A DNA stretch of 64,000 nucleotides, taken from positions 50,213-114,212 of the forward strand of contig CAVQPF010000015.1 of NCBI GenBank assembly GCA_963714725.1, in the 5' to 3' direction. Below are positions 18,642 to 28,549 of this stretch, piece after piece; the stretch's first letter is position 1; the number at the start of each line of letters is the position of its first letter. Made by a program: the position numbers and the translations under genes. This DNA comes from Candidatus Bathyarchaeota archaeon (lineage in GTDB: Archaea > Thermoproteota > Bathyarchaeia > Bathyarchaeales > Bathycorpusculaceae). A model generated the notes under the pieces. It was not told where the DNA came from and did not search any database. It worked only from the letters and a program-made list of their open reading frames with translations.

Positions 18642-20678
18642 ATGGTTCATAAGATAGAGACTATTGACCCCCAAGAAAGATTTCTTGAATTTTTCAAGAA
18701 AGAGAAATACCGAAATAAAATATCACAGATGGCGATAGCTGGACAAGAATCAATAACTGTTTTTTTTGAGGATTTATTTGCTTTTGATCAAGTTCTTGCT
18801 GAAAGATTGATGGATAAACCTGATGATTTTCTGCAATACGCGAGTAATGCTGCTTATACCCAACTTGAGATTGAAGATTTAGAGTATTCTAAGAAATTAG
18901 AAAAGATTACAATTCGAATAATTCAACTATTGGGAAGAGAACAACTAAGAAAACTTGGTTCAAGACAACTTGGCAAACTAGTTTTAGTCGAAGGTATAGT
19001 TGTTCGTGCGACACCTGTTCGTCCTATGGTCATGAAGGCTTCTTTTAAATGTAAACGATGTGGCACAATAACAAACGTTGAACAATCAGGTCCCTTTCTG
19101 AGAGCGCCTTTTGAGTGTGGAGATCAATCTTGTGGTCAAAAAGGTCCTTTCGAATTTGTTCAAGATGAATCAACCTTTATAGATTCACAAGATCTTCGAC
19201 TTCAAGAAAGACCCGAAGATTTGCCACCAGGTCAACTCCCTAGGTCACTAAATGTAAAATTGGTTGGAAGTGAAATAGTTGATCTGGCTAGACCTGGAGA
19301 TCACGTTTCTCTTGTAGGTATAGTCCGAGCATTTGCTCCAACTAGACCAGGAATAGGCAAACTACGTACTTTTACTTTACATTTAGACGCTATCTCAATA
19401 GAAATTCTGGGTAAAGAACCTGAAGCGACTCCTGCTTCATTAGAGGAGGAAGAAAAAATTCTTGAAATAGCTAAAGATCCGCAAGTGCACTTAAAGATAA
19501 TTAAATCTATCGCTCCGTCAATATATGGTTATGAGCGAATAAAAGAAGCTATTATGTATCTTCTTTTTGGAGGAGTTTCAAAATCTCTTCCGGATATTAC
19601 AATAAGAGGCGAAATGAATGCTCTTTTAATAGGTGATCCTGGTACCGCCAAATCGCAACTTTTGCAGTACATCGCTCAAATTGCACCTCGTGGTTTGTAT
19701 ACTTCAGGTCGAGGAACAACTGCTGCTGGTTTAACAGCTGCGGTAGTTCGAGAAAAAGGGGGTAGCATGAGTCTTGAGGCAGGTGCTTTGGTACTTGCTG
19801 ATAAAGGCATATGTTGTATTGATGAAATGGACAAAATGAGGCCAGAGGATCGTGTTGCAATTCATGAAGCTATGGAACAACATACTGTTTCTGTTGCAAA
19901 AGGTGGAATTGTTGCTACTTTGAATGCGCGAACAGCAATTCTTGCAGCAGCTAATCCCTCTTTAGGTAGATATGAGCCTCATAGAACTGTAGCTGAGAAC
20001 ATTTCTCTTCCCGTGACTATTCTTTCTAGATTTGATTTAATCTTTGTTTTAAGAGATGTTCCAGATAAAGAAGCTGACAGAAAACTATCAAAACACATTT
20101 TGGAAATTCATCGAAGAGGATCACAACCTATTGCAGCACAAATAGATACTGATTTGCTTCGAAAATATGTTAGCTATGCAAAAACAATAAAACCAGAACT
20201 TAGTACTGGAGCTTTGAAAGCTCTAAGTGATTTTTATATGGCAATGAGATCTGCTAGTGAAGGTGAAGGCTCACCCATAGCAATAACTGCTCGTCAGCTT
20301 GAATCACTCATTCGTATTTCTGAAGCAAGAGCAAGGGTAGCTCTAAGAAAAGTGGTCACAGCAGAGGATGCGGAAGCAGCGATAGCTATTATGCAAAGAT
20401 CATTAAGTGAAGTGGGAATTGATGTTTCTTCATATAAAGTTGATATAGATATAATAATGACTGGAAAACCTAAAAGTGTCAGAGACAAACTGCATGTTAT
20501 TCTTTCAACTTTAATGGGTATGGAAAAAGAAACAGGCATAGTTGAAAAATCAACACTTATTGCTGAATTAGAAGAAAAACATAATATTCCAAGAACAGAC
20601 ATTGAAAGAATGCTCTCACAATTATTACGTGAAGGAACAATTTATGAGCCTAGAGAAGGGCACTTAAAGAAAACATAA
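18642..20678 (+). CDS. mcm: Replicative helicase MCM
   Basis: 678 aa. C4 zinc finger ('CKRCGT...CGDQSCG'), Walker A 'GDPGTAKS', Walker B 'IDEMDKM', arginine finger 'SRFDLIF'. Confidence 0.9.
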   Translation: MVHKIETIDPQERFLEFFKKEKYRNKISQMAIAGQESITVFFEDLFAFDQVLAERLMDKPDDFLQYASNAAYTQLEIEDLEYSKKLEKITIRIIQLLGREQLRKLGSRQLGKLVLVEGIVVRATPVRPMVMKASFKCKRCGTITNVEQSGPFLRAPFECGDQSCGQKGPFEFVQDESTFIDSQDLRLQERPEDLPPGQLPRSLNVKLVGSEIVDLARPGDHVSLVGIVRAFAPTRPGIGKLRTFTLHLDAISIEILGKEPEATPASLEEEEKILEIAKDPQVHLKIIKSIAPSIYGYERIKEAIMYLLFGGVSKSLPDITIRGEMNALLIGDPGTAKSQLLQYIAQIAPRGLYTSGRGTTAAGLTAAVVREKGGSMSLEAGALVLADKGICCIDEMDKMRPEDRVAIHEAMEQHTVSVAKGGIVATLNARTAILAAANPSLGRYEPHRTVAENISLPVTILSRFDLIFVLRDVPDKEADRKLSKHILEIHRRGSQPIAAQIDTDLLRKYVSYAKTIKPELSTGALKALSDFYMAMRSASEGEGSPIAITARQLESLIRISEARARVALRKVVTAEDAEAAIAIMQRSLSEVGIDVSSYKVDIDIIMTGKPKSVRDKLHVILSTLMGMEKETGIVEKSTLIAELEEKHNIPRTDIERMLSQLLREGTIYEPREGHLKKT

Positions 20679-20692
20679 CTTTTTTTAACAAA
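20676..20692 (+). terminator. T-rich tract after mcm (candidate archaeal terminator)
   Basis: 'ACTTTTTTTAAC' directly after the mcm stop, with a convergent gene on the other strand. Confidence 0.25.
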
Positions 20693-20730
20693 CAACAAAT
20701 CAGTTAATATTTTTCTCGATTTACAGCCTA

Positions 20731-21504
20731 CTATGAAATGTAAGTGACTTTTTTATCTTCCTCTTTTCGCGTTTCTTCAGCCTGCAAAACTCTCTTTTCT
20801 TCAATTTTTTGTAAACGCATCACCATAGTTTCTGCCTTAATAATTTCTTCGTTTAAACCTTCAAGATCTATTTCAAAATTAAAAGCTACTCTTAATACTT
20901 CTAATACACTTTTAGCCGCTAAAGGATCTGGCATATACCCTCTTGTTTCTCCCAATAGACAAAGAGCATCAATTTTTTTAAAATCTGCTAATCCGAGTAT
21001 TAATCCAGCAGTACCCACAATTGGGCTTCCGGAATTTCCCAAAGAAGCACCTGAATTTAGAGCGTGATTAAGCAGTTTTTGGCTATTAGCTGCAACATAA
21101 ACCCGGGGTTCTTCGTTTATTTCCTTTCTGTAACCACCTATTGTGGCTATTGTTTTTACTTTATTTTTTTGGGAAAAATTAAGCATGCAATCAGCTATTT
21201 CATATTGACCTTCGATAGTTTGTGATTGACTATCACCAGTAAACAAAATTAAATCATTTTGTTTATTTTTATTCCTCCAATAATAAAAAATTCCTCGTAA
21301 AAGACGAACATTTCCTTTTTTGTTTACAAGAACATAATAAGGAAAATGAGGAGAATACAAATATGCAAATTTTTTAGCTTGCAGTTTCTTAATTAAATAT
21401 CTAATAGCAATTTTCCCAACGAGTCCCAATCCGGGAAGTCCTTCTATCAGGATGGGATCTTTTAATTCAACTTTTTTAAGTTCTTTAATGTACGTTTCTT
21501 TCAA
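20731..21504 (-). CDS. PAC2-family proteasome assembly chaperone
   Basis: 'ILIEGLPGLGLVGKIA' N-terminal motif typical of the PAC2 family. TTG start overlapping the nop10 stop. Confidence 0.55.
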   Translation of the reverse strand: MKETYIKELKKVELKDPILIEGLPGLGLVGKIAIRYLIKKLQAKKFAYLYSPHFPYYVLVNKKGNVRLLRGIFYYWRNKNKQNDLILFTGDSQSQTIEGQYEIADCMLNFSQKNKVKTIATIGGYRKEINEEPRVYVAANSQKLLNHALNSGASLGNSGSPIVGTAGLILGLADFKKIDALCLLGETRGYMPDPLAAKSVLEVLRVAFNFEIDLEGLNEEIIKAETMVMRLQKIEEKRVLQAEETRKEEDKKVTYIS

Positions 21505-21659
21505 GTTGTTATCTGCTCTTTTTTTATGTCAATCCTATATTTAAGATACTTATCGTCAGGAGAGAATTTTGGAGGATGTGGTATTCTTACTGATTGATTG
21601 CACATAGGGCAATTCTTTAGATTCAATGTGTATTTTCCACATTTAACACATTTCCTCAT
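21501..21659 (-). CDS. nop10: H/ACA ribonucleoprotein subunit Nop10 (not in ORF track, 52 aa)
   Basis: Translates to 'MRKCVKCGKYTLNLKNCPMCNQSVRIPHPPKFSPDDKYLKYR...', a zinc ribbon plus the conserved 'PPKFSPDDKY' Nop10 signature. Conserved aIF2alpha-Nop10-PAC2 order. Confidence 0.65.
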   Translation of the reverse strand: MRKCVKCGKYTLNLKNCPMCNQSVRIPHPPKFSPDDKYLKYRIDIKKEQITT

Positions 21660-21670
21660 GTGCCAAACCA

Positions 21671-22459
21671 TTATTTGTCCCTTCTGAAAGATCCTTGACC
21701 GCCAGAATCAGTAATGTTTGCTACAACTTGTTCGGAGATTTTCTGGAAAACTTCTTCTCCTCGTTTGTAATTTTCCGCTAATACTTCAATATTATATTTA
21801 GGCGCTGCTTTTACATAAAAACGAATCTTTGTGTCTTTTGTTTTTTCTTTTTTATAGGCATTTAAAAAAGAATCTTGAATTACTTTAACTCCATTAGGTT
21901 TCATACATTGAATTTCGATTGTACCTTTAACCTTAACCATTTTTACTAAAATTCTTTCTTCTGCAACTTCAAAGAAAATCTTTGACAGCTCTTCAGGAGC
22001 TCCTAATTCTGTTAAAAATTCAGGGCCTTCTTTTAGGACTTTTTCAAAACCATCATATAATCCATATTCTTCTTCCAGAAAAACTCCTGCTTTGTCATAC
22101 ACTTCTTCTTTTGTTAAACCTGACTTTTCAGCGACATTTCGAAGTAATGTTTCTGCCTTCCTGTCTTTTTTCCAAACTTTAATTTTTTCAATTCGTTCTC
22201 TTCGAGTCACTCGTCTTAAGGATACATCGATTTGGCCTTTTTCTGGTTTAACACGAACAACTTTGAGAACAATTTTTTGTCCTTCGCGAACAAAATCTCT
22301 AATATTTCTAATCCACGAGGATGAAATTTCAGAAATATGAAGTAGTCCTTTTTTCTTATATTCGTCAAGGTCGGCATAAGCGCCATAAGTTGTAATAGAT
22401 TCGATGGAGGCTATCACTAAATCTCCGCGTTCTGGCCACTCAGACTTCCTTTCGGACAA
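21671..22459 (-). CDS. eif2a: Translation initiation factor 2 alpha subunit (aIF2-alpha)
   Basis: N-terminal S1 domain ('GDLVIASIESITTYGAYADLDEY...GLLHISEIS') and aIF2alpha C-terminal domains. Confidence 0.8.
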   Translation of the reverse strand: MSERKSEWPERGDLVIASIESITTYGAYADLDEYKKKGLLHISEISSSWIRNIRDFVREGQKIVLKVVRVKPEKGQIDVSLRRVTRRERIEKIKVWKKDRKAETLLRNVAEKSGLTKEEVYDKAGVFLEEEYGLYDGFEKVLKEGPEFLTELGAPEELSKIFFEVAEERILVKMVKVKGTIEIQCMKPNGVKVIQDSFLNAYKKEKTKDTKIRFYVKAAPKYNIEVLAENYKRGEEVFQKISEQVVANITDSGGQGSFRRDK

Positions 22460-22473
22460 TTTAACAACTCATC

Positions 22474-22671
22474 CTATTCTAGAACTGCTATTATTTCGCC
22501 TTTAATTTTAGCTCTTCCACCTGCAGGTTCGGCAAGTAATTCATCGCAAACGTTACAATTGATATTGTTTGTGGCATTACTGAATATTATCTGTTCATTA
22601 TTGCATTTCAAACATCTTACTCGCCAGAATTTACTACGAGGTTTAGGAATAAGTTTATCCCATTCTGTCAT
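22474..22671 (-). CDS. rps27e: 30S ribosomal protein S27e
   Basis: 65 aa, C4 zinc finger ('CLKCNNEQ...CNVC'), 'F.RV.C..C' S27e pattern. Confidence 0.75.
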   Translation of the reverse strand: MTEWDKLIPKPRSKFWRVRCLKCNNEQIIFSNATNNINCNVCDELLAEPAGGRAKIKGEIIAVLE

Positions 22672-22684
22672 TTTTTTCTTCTCA

Positions 22685-22972
22685 CTATCCTATGTTTACC
22701 TTTGTTAGACGTATACCGTCTTTCATAATCATGAAACTACAAACTTTGCATTTAAGTCTTAAAGTTTGTTTTTTTGTTGTTTTAGCAAACTCTCTTTGAA
22801 GTGGATACTTTTGTCCACCATAACCCTTTTTAGCTCGTGCGTGTCGACGTTCTCCTTCTGCTAAAGCTCTTCGCTTTCCTGCCTTGTATAAACTGACTGT
22901 GTGGGCTTGATGGTTTTTACATTTTGGACAATAAGTGTTAATTTCTTTAGGAACATTCATGTGATATTGCAC
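22685..22972 (-). CDS. rpl44e: 50S ribosomal protein L44e (eL42)
   Basis: 'YCPKCKNHQAHTV...KCKVC' zinc ribbon and basic composition typical of L44e. Adjacent to S27e as in many archaea. Confidence 0.75.
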   Translation of the reverse strand: MQYHMNVPKEINTYCPKCKNHQAHTVSLYKAGKRRALAEGERRHARAKKGYGGQKYPLQREFAKTTKKQTLRLKCKVCSFMIMKDGIRLTKVNIG

Positions 22973-23225
22973 CAGGCTTGCAATAGAGAAAACATACGCC
23001 TTCTTATACTTTTTCCGTTTATTAATTGGAAACTAATACTGACTATATTCGATAGATCCCAACGATTAAACCTAACCACGTTTTATTTATTCCTAATCAA
23101 TTATTGTTCAACTTCTATCAAATATATGTTAACCAGTTTTTATTAGGACTTTTTTTAATGAAAAACATTTAATTATTTTATTTCTTTTTAAAAATTTTTT
23201 ATTAGACTTGCAATTAATTTTTATA

Positions 23226-23300
23226 TGCTCCGGCCGGGATTCGAACCCGGGTCTTCGGCTCGAAAGGCCGGAATACTTGACCGGACTATACTACCGGAGC
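23226..23300 (-). tRNA. tRNA-Glu (anticodon UUC)
   Basis: Minus-strand 'GCTCCGG...CCGGAGCA' 7-bp acceptor stem, T-arm 'CCGGGTTCGAATCCCGG', anticodon loop 'CUUUCGA'. No encoded CCA. Confidence 0.75.
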
Positions 23301-23377
23301 ACTAAGGCATAGTATCAAGAAAATGTTTATTCATTCGAATAAACCTTGCTCTCTTTGCTCGTTATTTATTATATCTT

Positions 23378-24622
23378 TTAATAAGATATTTTTGTTGCCT
23401 GTGGAACTTTGCCTAAAATTCTGATAGTTGCTTTCTCTACTTTTTCTCGATTTTCTTCATTAGTATATACTCTTAAAATGTTAATGAATCCTTTTAAACT
23501 CTCTATAATTTTGGAAGCTTCAGAAAGTTTGTAAGCTTTCTTTTTATTTATGGAATTCTTCCTGAATATTGGAACTTCCATTGATTCCATTAGAACTGCG
23601 TTATGGTAAGGGACAGATGGAACAGTAGGTACATCAATTATAACAGTCTCAGAATAGACTTTTGCTTCTTGTGCAATTTCATTTTGCATTTGTTTTCTGT
23701 AAGTTTCTAAACCAAAAATATTTGATACCATTGTATCTTTTTCATAAAACGTTCTTTCATATGCACATTTCAACATTTTCCTTTTTTCTAAGTCATCTAT
23801 TATACTCTTGGAAGAGTCACATTTTTTCAAAGCAGTCCAAACAGTATAATCATCTAATGCTAAATACTCTTCAGGCGTTTTAAAAACCGTTAATCCCAAC
23901 TCATCATCTGCTTTTTCCATCGCTGTAGCAAGCATTATTTGTGCTGCTCTACCTACCCTGTGAAAATAAATACTCTTAAATGACTCGATTCTTGCTATCA
24001 TAAAAGCTTCAATAGCTGATATTGCTCCTATCTCAACAGCTAGATTCTCACCTAAGACGTTTAAAGCGTGAATTAATCGGAATACGTCAATAAATCCATA
24101 TTCAGCTCCTGTATGAAACGTATCTCGAACGATAAAATCTTGTTTATCCACATCTACTGCACTGCTTATTATTTGATCAATAAACGCTTTTCCAGGTTGA
24201 TGTAATTTTCCGACAGCAAGAGCTGCGATTTCTTGGGGATTAAAACCTATTTCAGAAAGTCTTTTGGCAATTTCACTCTTTTCAATTAACCAGGAAGTCA
24301 TATCTTCGTGTGTTTTATTTAGTTTTTTTATTAGTAACTGCTCAAAAACATGTGAAAAAGGACCATGCCCCACATCATGTAATAATGCGGCTATTCTTAT
24401 AGCGTCAACTTCTCTATCGTTAATAAGCATTGAAATATTGGGATTCTTAACAACTTTTCCTGCTAGATACATTACTCCTATGCAATGTTCAAAACGAGTG
24501 TGATTCGCACCAGGATAAACATAATCTGATCCTGCTAACTGTCGTAATCTTCTCAACCTTTGTAACGGATACGAATCTATAATCTTTTTTTCAGGTTCTG
24601 TAATATAGACATATCCATGCAC
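23378..24622 (-). CDS. HD-domain phosphohydrolase (dNTP triphosphohydrolase-like, COG1078)
   Basis: 'HTRFEHCIGVMYLAG' and 'LLHDVGHGPFSH' HD motifs. Confidence 0.65.
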   Translation of the reverse strand: MHGYVYITEPEKKIIDSYPLQRLRRLRQLAGSDYVYPGANHTRFEHCIGVMYLAGKVVKNPNISMLINDREVDAIRIAALLHDVGHGPFSHVFEQLLIKKLNKTHEDMTSWLIEKSEIAKRLSEIGFNPQEIAALAVGKLHQPGKAFIDQIISSAVDVDKQDFIVRDTFHTGAEYGFIDVFRLIHALNVLGENLAVEIGAISAIEAFMIARIESFKSIYFHRVGRAAQIMLATAMEKADDELGLTVFKTPEEYLALDDYTVWTALKKCDSSKSIIDDLEKRKMLKCAYERTFYEKDTMVSNIFGLETYRKQMQNEIAQEAKVYSETVIIDVPTVPSVPYHNAVLMESMEVPIFRKNSINKKKAYKLSEASKIIESLKGFINILRVYTNEENREKVEKATIRILGKVPQATKISY

Positions 24623-24743
24623 AGGATCTTTTATTTCACCCCAATACGCTTTAGGCAGTTTCTGTATCCTCCAACTGACTTACCAAGTTATATTTAAGGG
24701 TCCTACTATAATGTGTACCGCTATTGCTGGCTGGCTTTAAAAA

Positions 24744-25328
24744 ATGGTAGAAAAAAAAGGGATATTTATTTGCATTGAAGGTTTAGACGGTTCTGGAAAA
24801 ACTACTCAAGCTAAAATTCTTGCTAAAAAAATCAGTAATGCTATTTATACCTCAGAACCAAGTAAAGGTCTGATCGGAAACTACATTCGCAAGAGTTACC
24901 TATACAGCAAAAAACGTTTTTCGCCTTTGGTTGAAGCTTTGCTCTTTGCAGCTGATAGACTTGAACATCTTGAAAGTGAGATTATTCCTGCGTTAAATAG
25001 AGGAAAAACAGTAATCTGCGATAGGTATGTTTTTTCTTCTTTGGCTTATCAAGGCGCTAGTGGAATCAGTTTAGATTGGATTGAGACAATAAATAAAGCA
25101 ATAATTTATCCAGACTTAGCATTATTTATAGATATTAACCCTGAAAAATCTATGCGTAGACTGAACTCAAAAAAATCTCTTATGGAAAACTTAAAAACGC
25201 AACTAAAAGTTAGAGACATTTATATGAAATTTGTTGAAGATAAAAAACTCACATTAGTAAACGGTGATAATTCGAAAACTAAAGTTACAGAGGAATTGTT
25301 TTCAATATTAAAAAATTATTTTAATTAA
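24744..25328 (+). CDS. tmk: Thymidylate kinase
   Basis: P-loop 'IEGLDGSGKTTQ', DRY-like 'DRYVFSSLAYQ' and lid region. Confidence 0.75.
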   Translation: MVEKKGIFICIEGLDGSGKTTQAKILAKKISNAIYTSEPSKGLIGNYIRKSYLYSKKRFSPLVEALLFAADRLEHLESEIIPALNRGKTVICDRYVFSSLAYQGASGISLDWIETINKAIIYPDLALFIDINPEKSMRRLNSKKSLMENLKTQLKVRDIYMKFVEDKKLTLVNGDNSKTKVTEELFSILKNYFN

Positions 25329-25843
25329 CTATCCACTTTTTTTAATATAGTTTTACCTTTTTTTTTGATAACGTTTTTATTGATTTCATTAATAATAACA
25401 GCAACTAAGTCTTCAGGGGAAATATATCTTGGTCCTCGTTCGTGAAAAACTCTGAATTCTATTAATTTCTTTTCAAAGATAATTCGCATTAAATAATAAT
25501 CAAAATTTAGTGGAGTCTTTTTTTCTTTATTGGTTCGATAATATCTTATCGCTACAAACAAATCCAACACCTTGAAGGTTTCATTTCTCAGAGCTTTAAG
25601 AAATCTTTTTTTTTCATCATCATCGATATAATTATAGATTTTTGCATCAGCTAAACCTGTCTCAAAAATTATTTTGCAATTCGGTATGGTTGGATATGTT
25701 ATTTCTTCAAAACTGAGGGTTTTAGAATTAAATTTCACTAGTGATAATATAAGTTCTTTTTGTACTTGCTTAACAGGAAAAGTAGTTTCACATATTTCAA
25801 TTCTATGAATTTTTTCAGGAAATTTATCGCTTAATCCTATCAT
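25325..25843 (-). CDS. Hypothetical protein
   Basis: 172 aa ORF with coding-like composition. No recognised motif. Confidence 0.25.
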   Translation of the reverse strand: MIGLSDKFPEKIHRIEICETTFPVKQVQKELILSLVKFNSKTLSFEEITYPTIPNCKIIFETGLADAKIYNYIDDDEKKRFLKALRNETFKVLDLFVAIRYYRTNKEKKTPLNFDYYLMRIIFEKKLIEFRVFHERGPRYISPEDLVAVIINEINKNVIKKKGKTILKKVDS

Positions 25844-25860
25844 CCTTTAAAAAGTCCGCG

Positions 25861-26244
25861 CTACTTCATTTTCATTTTATTAATTTTTTCTAAAGTAGTT
25901 AAAATCTCTGATAGTGTACTAGTTAACTTTTGAAGGTCATCTGTATTTTCAGTATTCTCTATTCTCTTCTGTATTTTATTAACTTTGGATAGAAGTGTTT
26001 CCTCAATTTTATCATAAGTTGTGTTGTTTGTTTTTTTATCTTCAGATCCTCTTTTTTTTACTATTACTTTCTTTTCGTCTTTTACACACCAAAGTGTCTG
26101 ATCTTTAAGCCTAAATAGAGGTGAACCACAAGCGGGGCATGATAAATTGGTTAACGTAGAACCTCGACGCAGAAAATCAGCCATACGTTTTATTATGTAA
26201 TCTTTGTTGTTATTACTCACTATAGAACCCCAAAGTAAATACAC
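25861..26244 (-). CDS. UPF0148-family zinc-ribbon protein (SSSCA1/p27-like)
   Basis: 'MADFLRRGSTLTNLSCPACGSPLFRLKDQTLWC' matches the conserved archaeal UPF0148 N-terminal zinc ribbon. Coiled-coil tail. Confidence 0.45.
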   Translation of the reverse strand: MYLLWGSIVSNNNKDYIIKRMADFLRRGSTLTNLSCPACGSPLFRLKDQTLWCVKDEKKVIVKKRGSEDKKTNNTTYDKIEETLLSKVNKIQKRIENTENTDDLQKLTSTLSEILTTLEKINKMKMK

Positions 26245-26294
26245 GTCAATGCTTATATAACTTGATTAATTCGAGAATGAGTAGATGATAATTT

Positions 26295-26573
26295 ATGGTT
26301 AGAAAGAAAAAAGCTGCTGAATATGAAGTCAAGATGCAACAAGCACTAATGGTACTAAGTGGGATCTCAGAAGATAGTACTACTCCCAGAAATATTAGAC
26401 GTGCTGCAAAAGAAGCTATTGAAGTGCTTCAAAACACTGGTTTTACTCCTGCTGTGCGAGCTTCAAATGCTGTGTCTAGATTGGATGAGATTTTACAGGA
26501 CCCCAATATGCCGCCTTATACTAGAGTGAAACTTTGGAACGTTATGAGTTTAGTTGAAGCGATAAGAGACTAA
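26295..26573 (+). CDS. UPF0147-family small protein
   Basis: 92 aa. Pattern 'IRRAAKEAIEVL...RASNAVSRLDEI' is typical of the archaeal UPF0147 family. Divergent from UPF0148. Confidence 0.4.
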   Translation: MVRKKKAAEYEVKMQQALMVLSGISEDSTTPRNIRRAAKEAIEVLQNTGFTPAVRASNAVSRLDEILQDPNMPPYTRVKLWNVMSLVEAIRD

Positions 26574-26840
26574 TTGAATTTTATTACCACTGCTTAATTC
26601 ATTTATTTATGACTTTATTTTTTTCTTTAATATAAATAAAAATAAAAATATTTTAGTTGATTTTTATATTGCTAAAAATTGGTTATACTAAAATTTGTTT
26701 TTTCTTCAGATTCGCTTTAATCGCTGCTAATATTTTAGTCTAAATTTTATTAACACAATCTATTTTTCTTTTGTATTTGAAAACATCACAGATATATTCA
26801 AGTTATTATATCTAATCCTGGGTTCCTAGGAGGCTCACCT

Positions 26841-28223
26841 ATGAAATACGATGTAATTATTGTTGGTGCTGGTCCAGCAGGAATATTTTCTGCATTAGAA
26901 TTGACTGAAAAGAATAAACTAAATGTCCTTATTCTAGACAGAGGTTTAGATATCGATCTTCGTAAATGTCCATCAAGCAGGGGATTTGAGTGTGTACATT
27001 GCGAACCTTGTTCTGTCCTTTCAGGTTGGGGCGGTGCAGGAGCTTATAGTGATGGAAAATTAACTTTATCTACTGAAATAGGTGGTTGGTTGAATCAATA
27101 TGTTTCTCAAAAAGAATTAAAAAAACTCATAAAATATGTTGATGGAATATACATACAATATGGTGCAAGTGAACAAGTTTATGGTGGAGACACTGAAAAA
27201 GTTGATGAGATTGATCGAAAAGCTTCTCTAGCTGGACTAAAACTTATTCGACAAGAAGTTCGTCATATGGGAACTGATAAATGTCTAGAGACTCTGAGAC
27301 GAATGAGACAAGAACTTAACGATAAAGTAACTTTTCACCCAAAAACCGATGTTAAAGGTCTTATTGTTGAAGATAAAAAAATTGTTGGGGTTAAAACTAC
27401 TAGTGGGGAAAAATTTTATGCCAAATATGTGATAATTGCTCCCGGTAGAAGTGGAGCAGAATGGCTTCAGACGGAAGCTCAATTTCTTGGATTAAAAACA
27501 GTAAATAATCCTGTAGATGTTGGTGTAAGAGTTGAAGTTTTAGCTTCAGTTATGGAAAAACTAACTAAAACTCTTTATGAACCTAAACTAGTTTATTTCT
27601 CAAAACTTTTTGATGATCAAGTTAGAACTTTCTGTGTTTCTCCTTACGGGGAGGTAACAACAGAATCTTATGATGGTGTATTAACAGTGAATGGGCAGAG
27701 CTATGCTGAAAGAAAAACTGAAAATACTAATTTTGCCCTTTTAGTTAGTACCTCTTTTACTGAACCTTTTAAAGAACCTATTGCTTATGGAAAATATGTG
27801 GCCCGTCTTTCAAATCTCCTTAGTGGCGGTGTAATGGTTCAAAGATTAGGTGATTTAGTTTCTGGAAGACGTTCGACTCCTGAGCGAATTGCTAGAAGTG
27901 TAGTTACTCCTACATTAAAAAATGCGACTCCGGGTGATCTTAGTTTTGTTCTTCCATATCGGTATTTATCAGACATCAGAGAAATGCTTCAGGCATTAGA
28001 CGTAATTGTACCTGGGGTACATTCAAGGGATACTCTTCTTTATGGTATCGAAGTCAAATTCTACTCTTCTCATCTTCAATTAAACGATCAACTTGAGTCA
28101 AAAATTCAAAATATGTTCACAATTGGTGATGGCGCTGGAGTTACCAGAGGTTTAATTCAAGCTTCTGCTTCAGGCGTTATAGTTGCAAGAGAAATCATGA
28201 AAAGAGAAAAAATTAAGGTTTAA
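26841..28223 (+). CDS. FAD-dependent dehydrogenase (COG2509-like)
   Basis: 'YDVIIVGAGPAGIFSA' dinucleotide-binding motif and Cys cluster 'CPSSRGFECVHCEPC'. 460 aa. Confidence 0.5.
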   Translation: MKYDVIIVGAGPAGIFSALELTEKNKLNVLILDRGLDIDLRKCPSSRGFECVHCEPCSVLSGWGGAGAYSDGKLTLSTEIGGWLNQYVSQKELKKLIKYVDGIYIQYGASEQVYGGDTEKVDEIDRKASLAGLKLIRQEVRHMGTDKCLETLRRMRQELNDKVTFHPKTDVKGLIVEDKKIVGVKTTSGEKFYAKYVIIAPGRSGAEWLQTEAQFLGLKTVNNPVDVGVRVEVLASVMEKLTKTLYEPKLVYFSKLFDDQVRTFCVSPYGEVTTESYDGVLTVNGQSYAERKTENTNFALLVSTSFTEPFKEPIAYGKYVARLSNLLSGGVMVQRLGDLVSGRRSTPERIARSVVTPTLKNATPGDLSFVLPYRYLSDIREMLQALDVIVPGVHSRDTLLYGIEVKFYSSHLQLNDQLESKIQNMFTIGDGAGVTRGLIQASASGVIVAREIMKREKIKV

Positions 28224-28549
28224 AGAATCTGGGTATCATAATGACCTCTTACTCCAGAAAACAATTTCAAAATTTGTCCCGAGTTGTATATTTCCAATCT
28301 CTAATTTAGCTTATAAATACGAAAATAAACATAAAAAATTTAATTTTATCATATACGCTATCGCCTGTAAAATCTTAAAGCGGATATATTAGCACCCCTT
28401 TAATCCTCTAAATTTCAACATTTTCTGTTAGTAATCTGTTTACATCTTTTTTACTTTATTCTAATATCTAAATAATACAATTTCTTTTAGTTTTTAATCA
28501 GAAGATTTTTTATACAGTTGCATGTTCGTTGTTACAGAGGTTTAAAATT

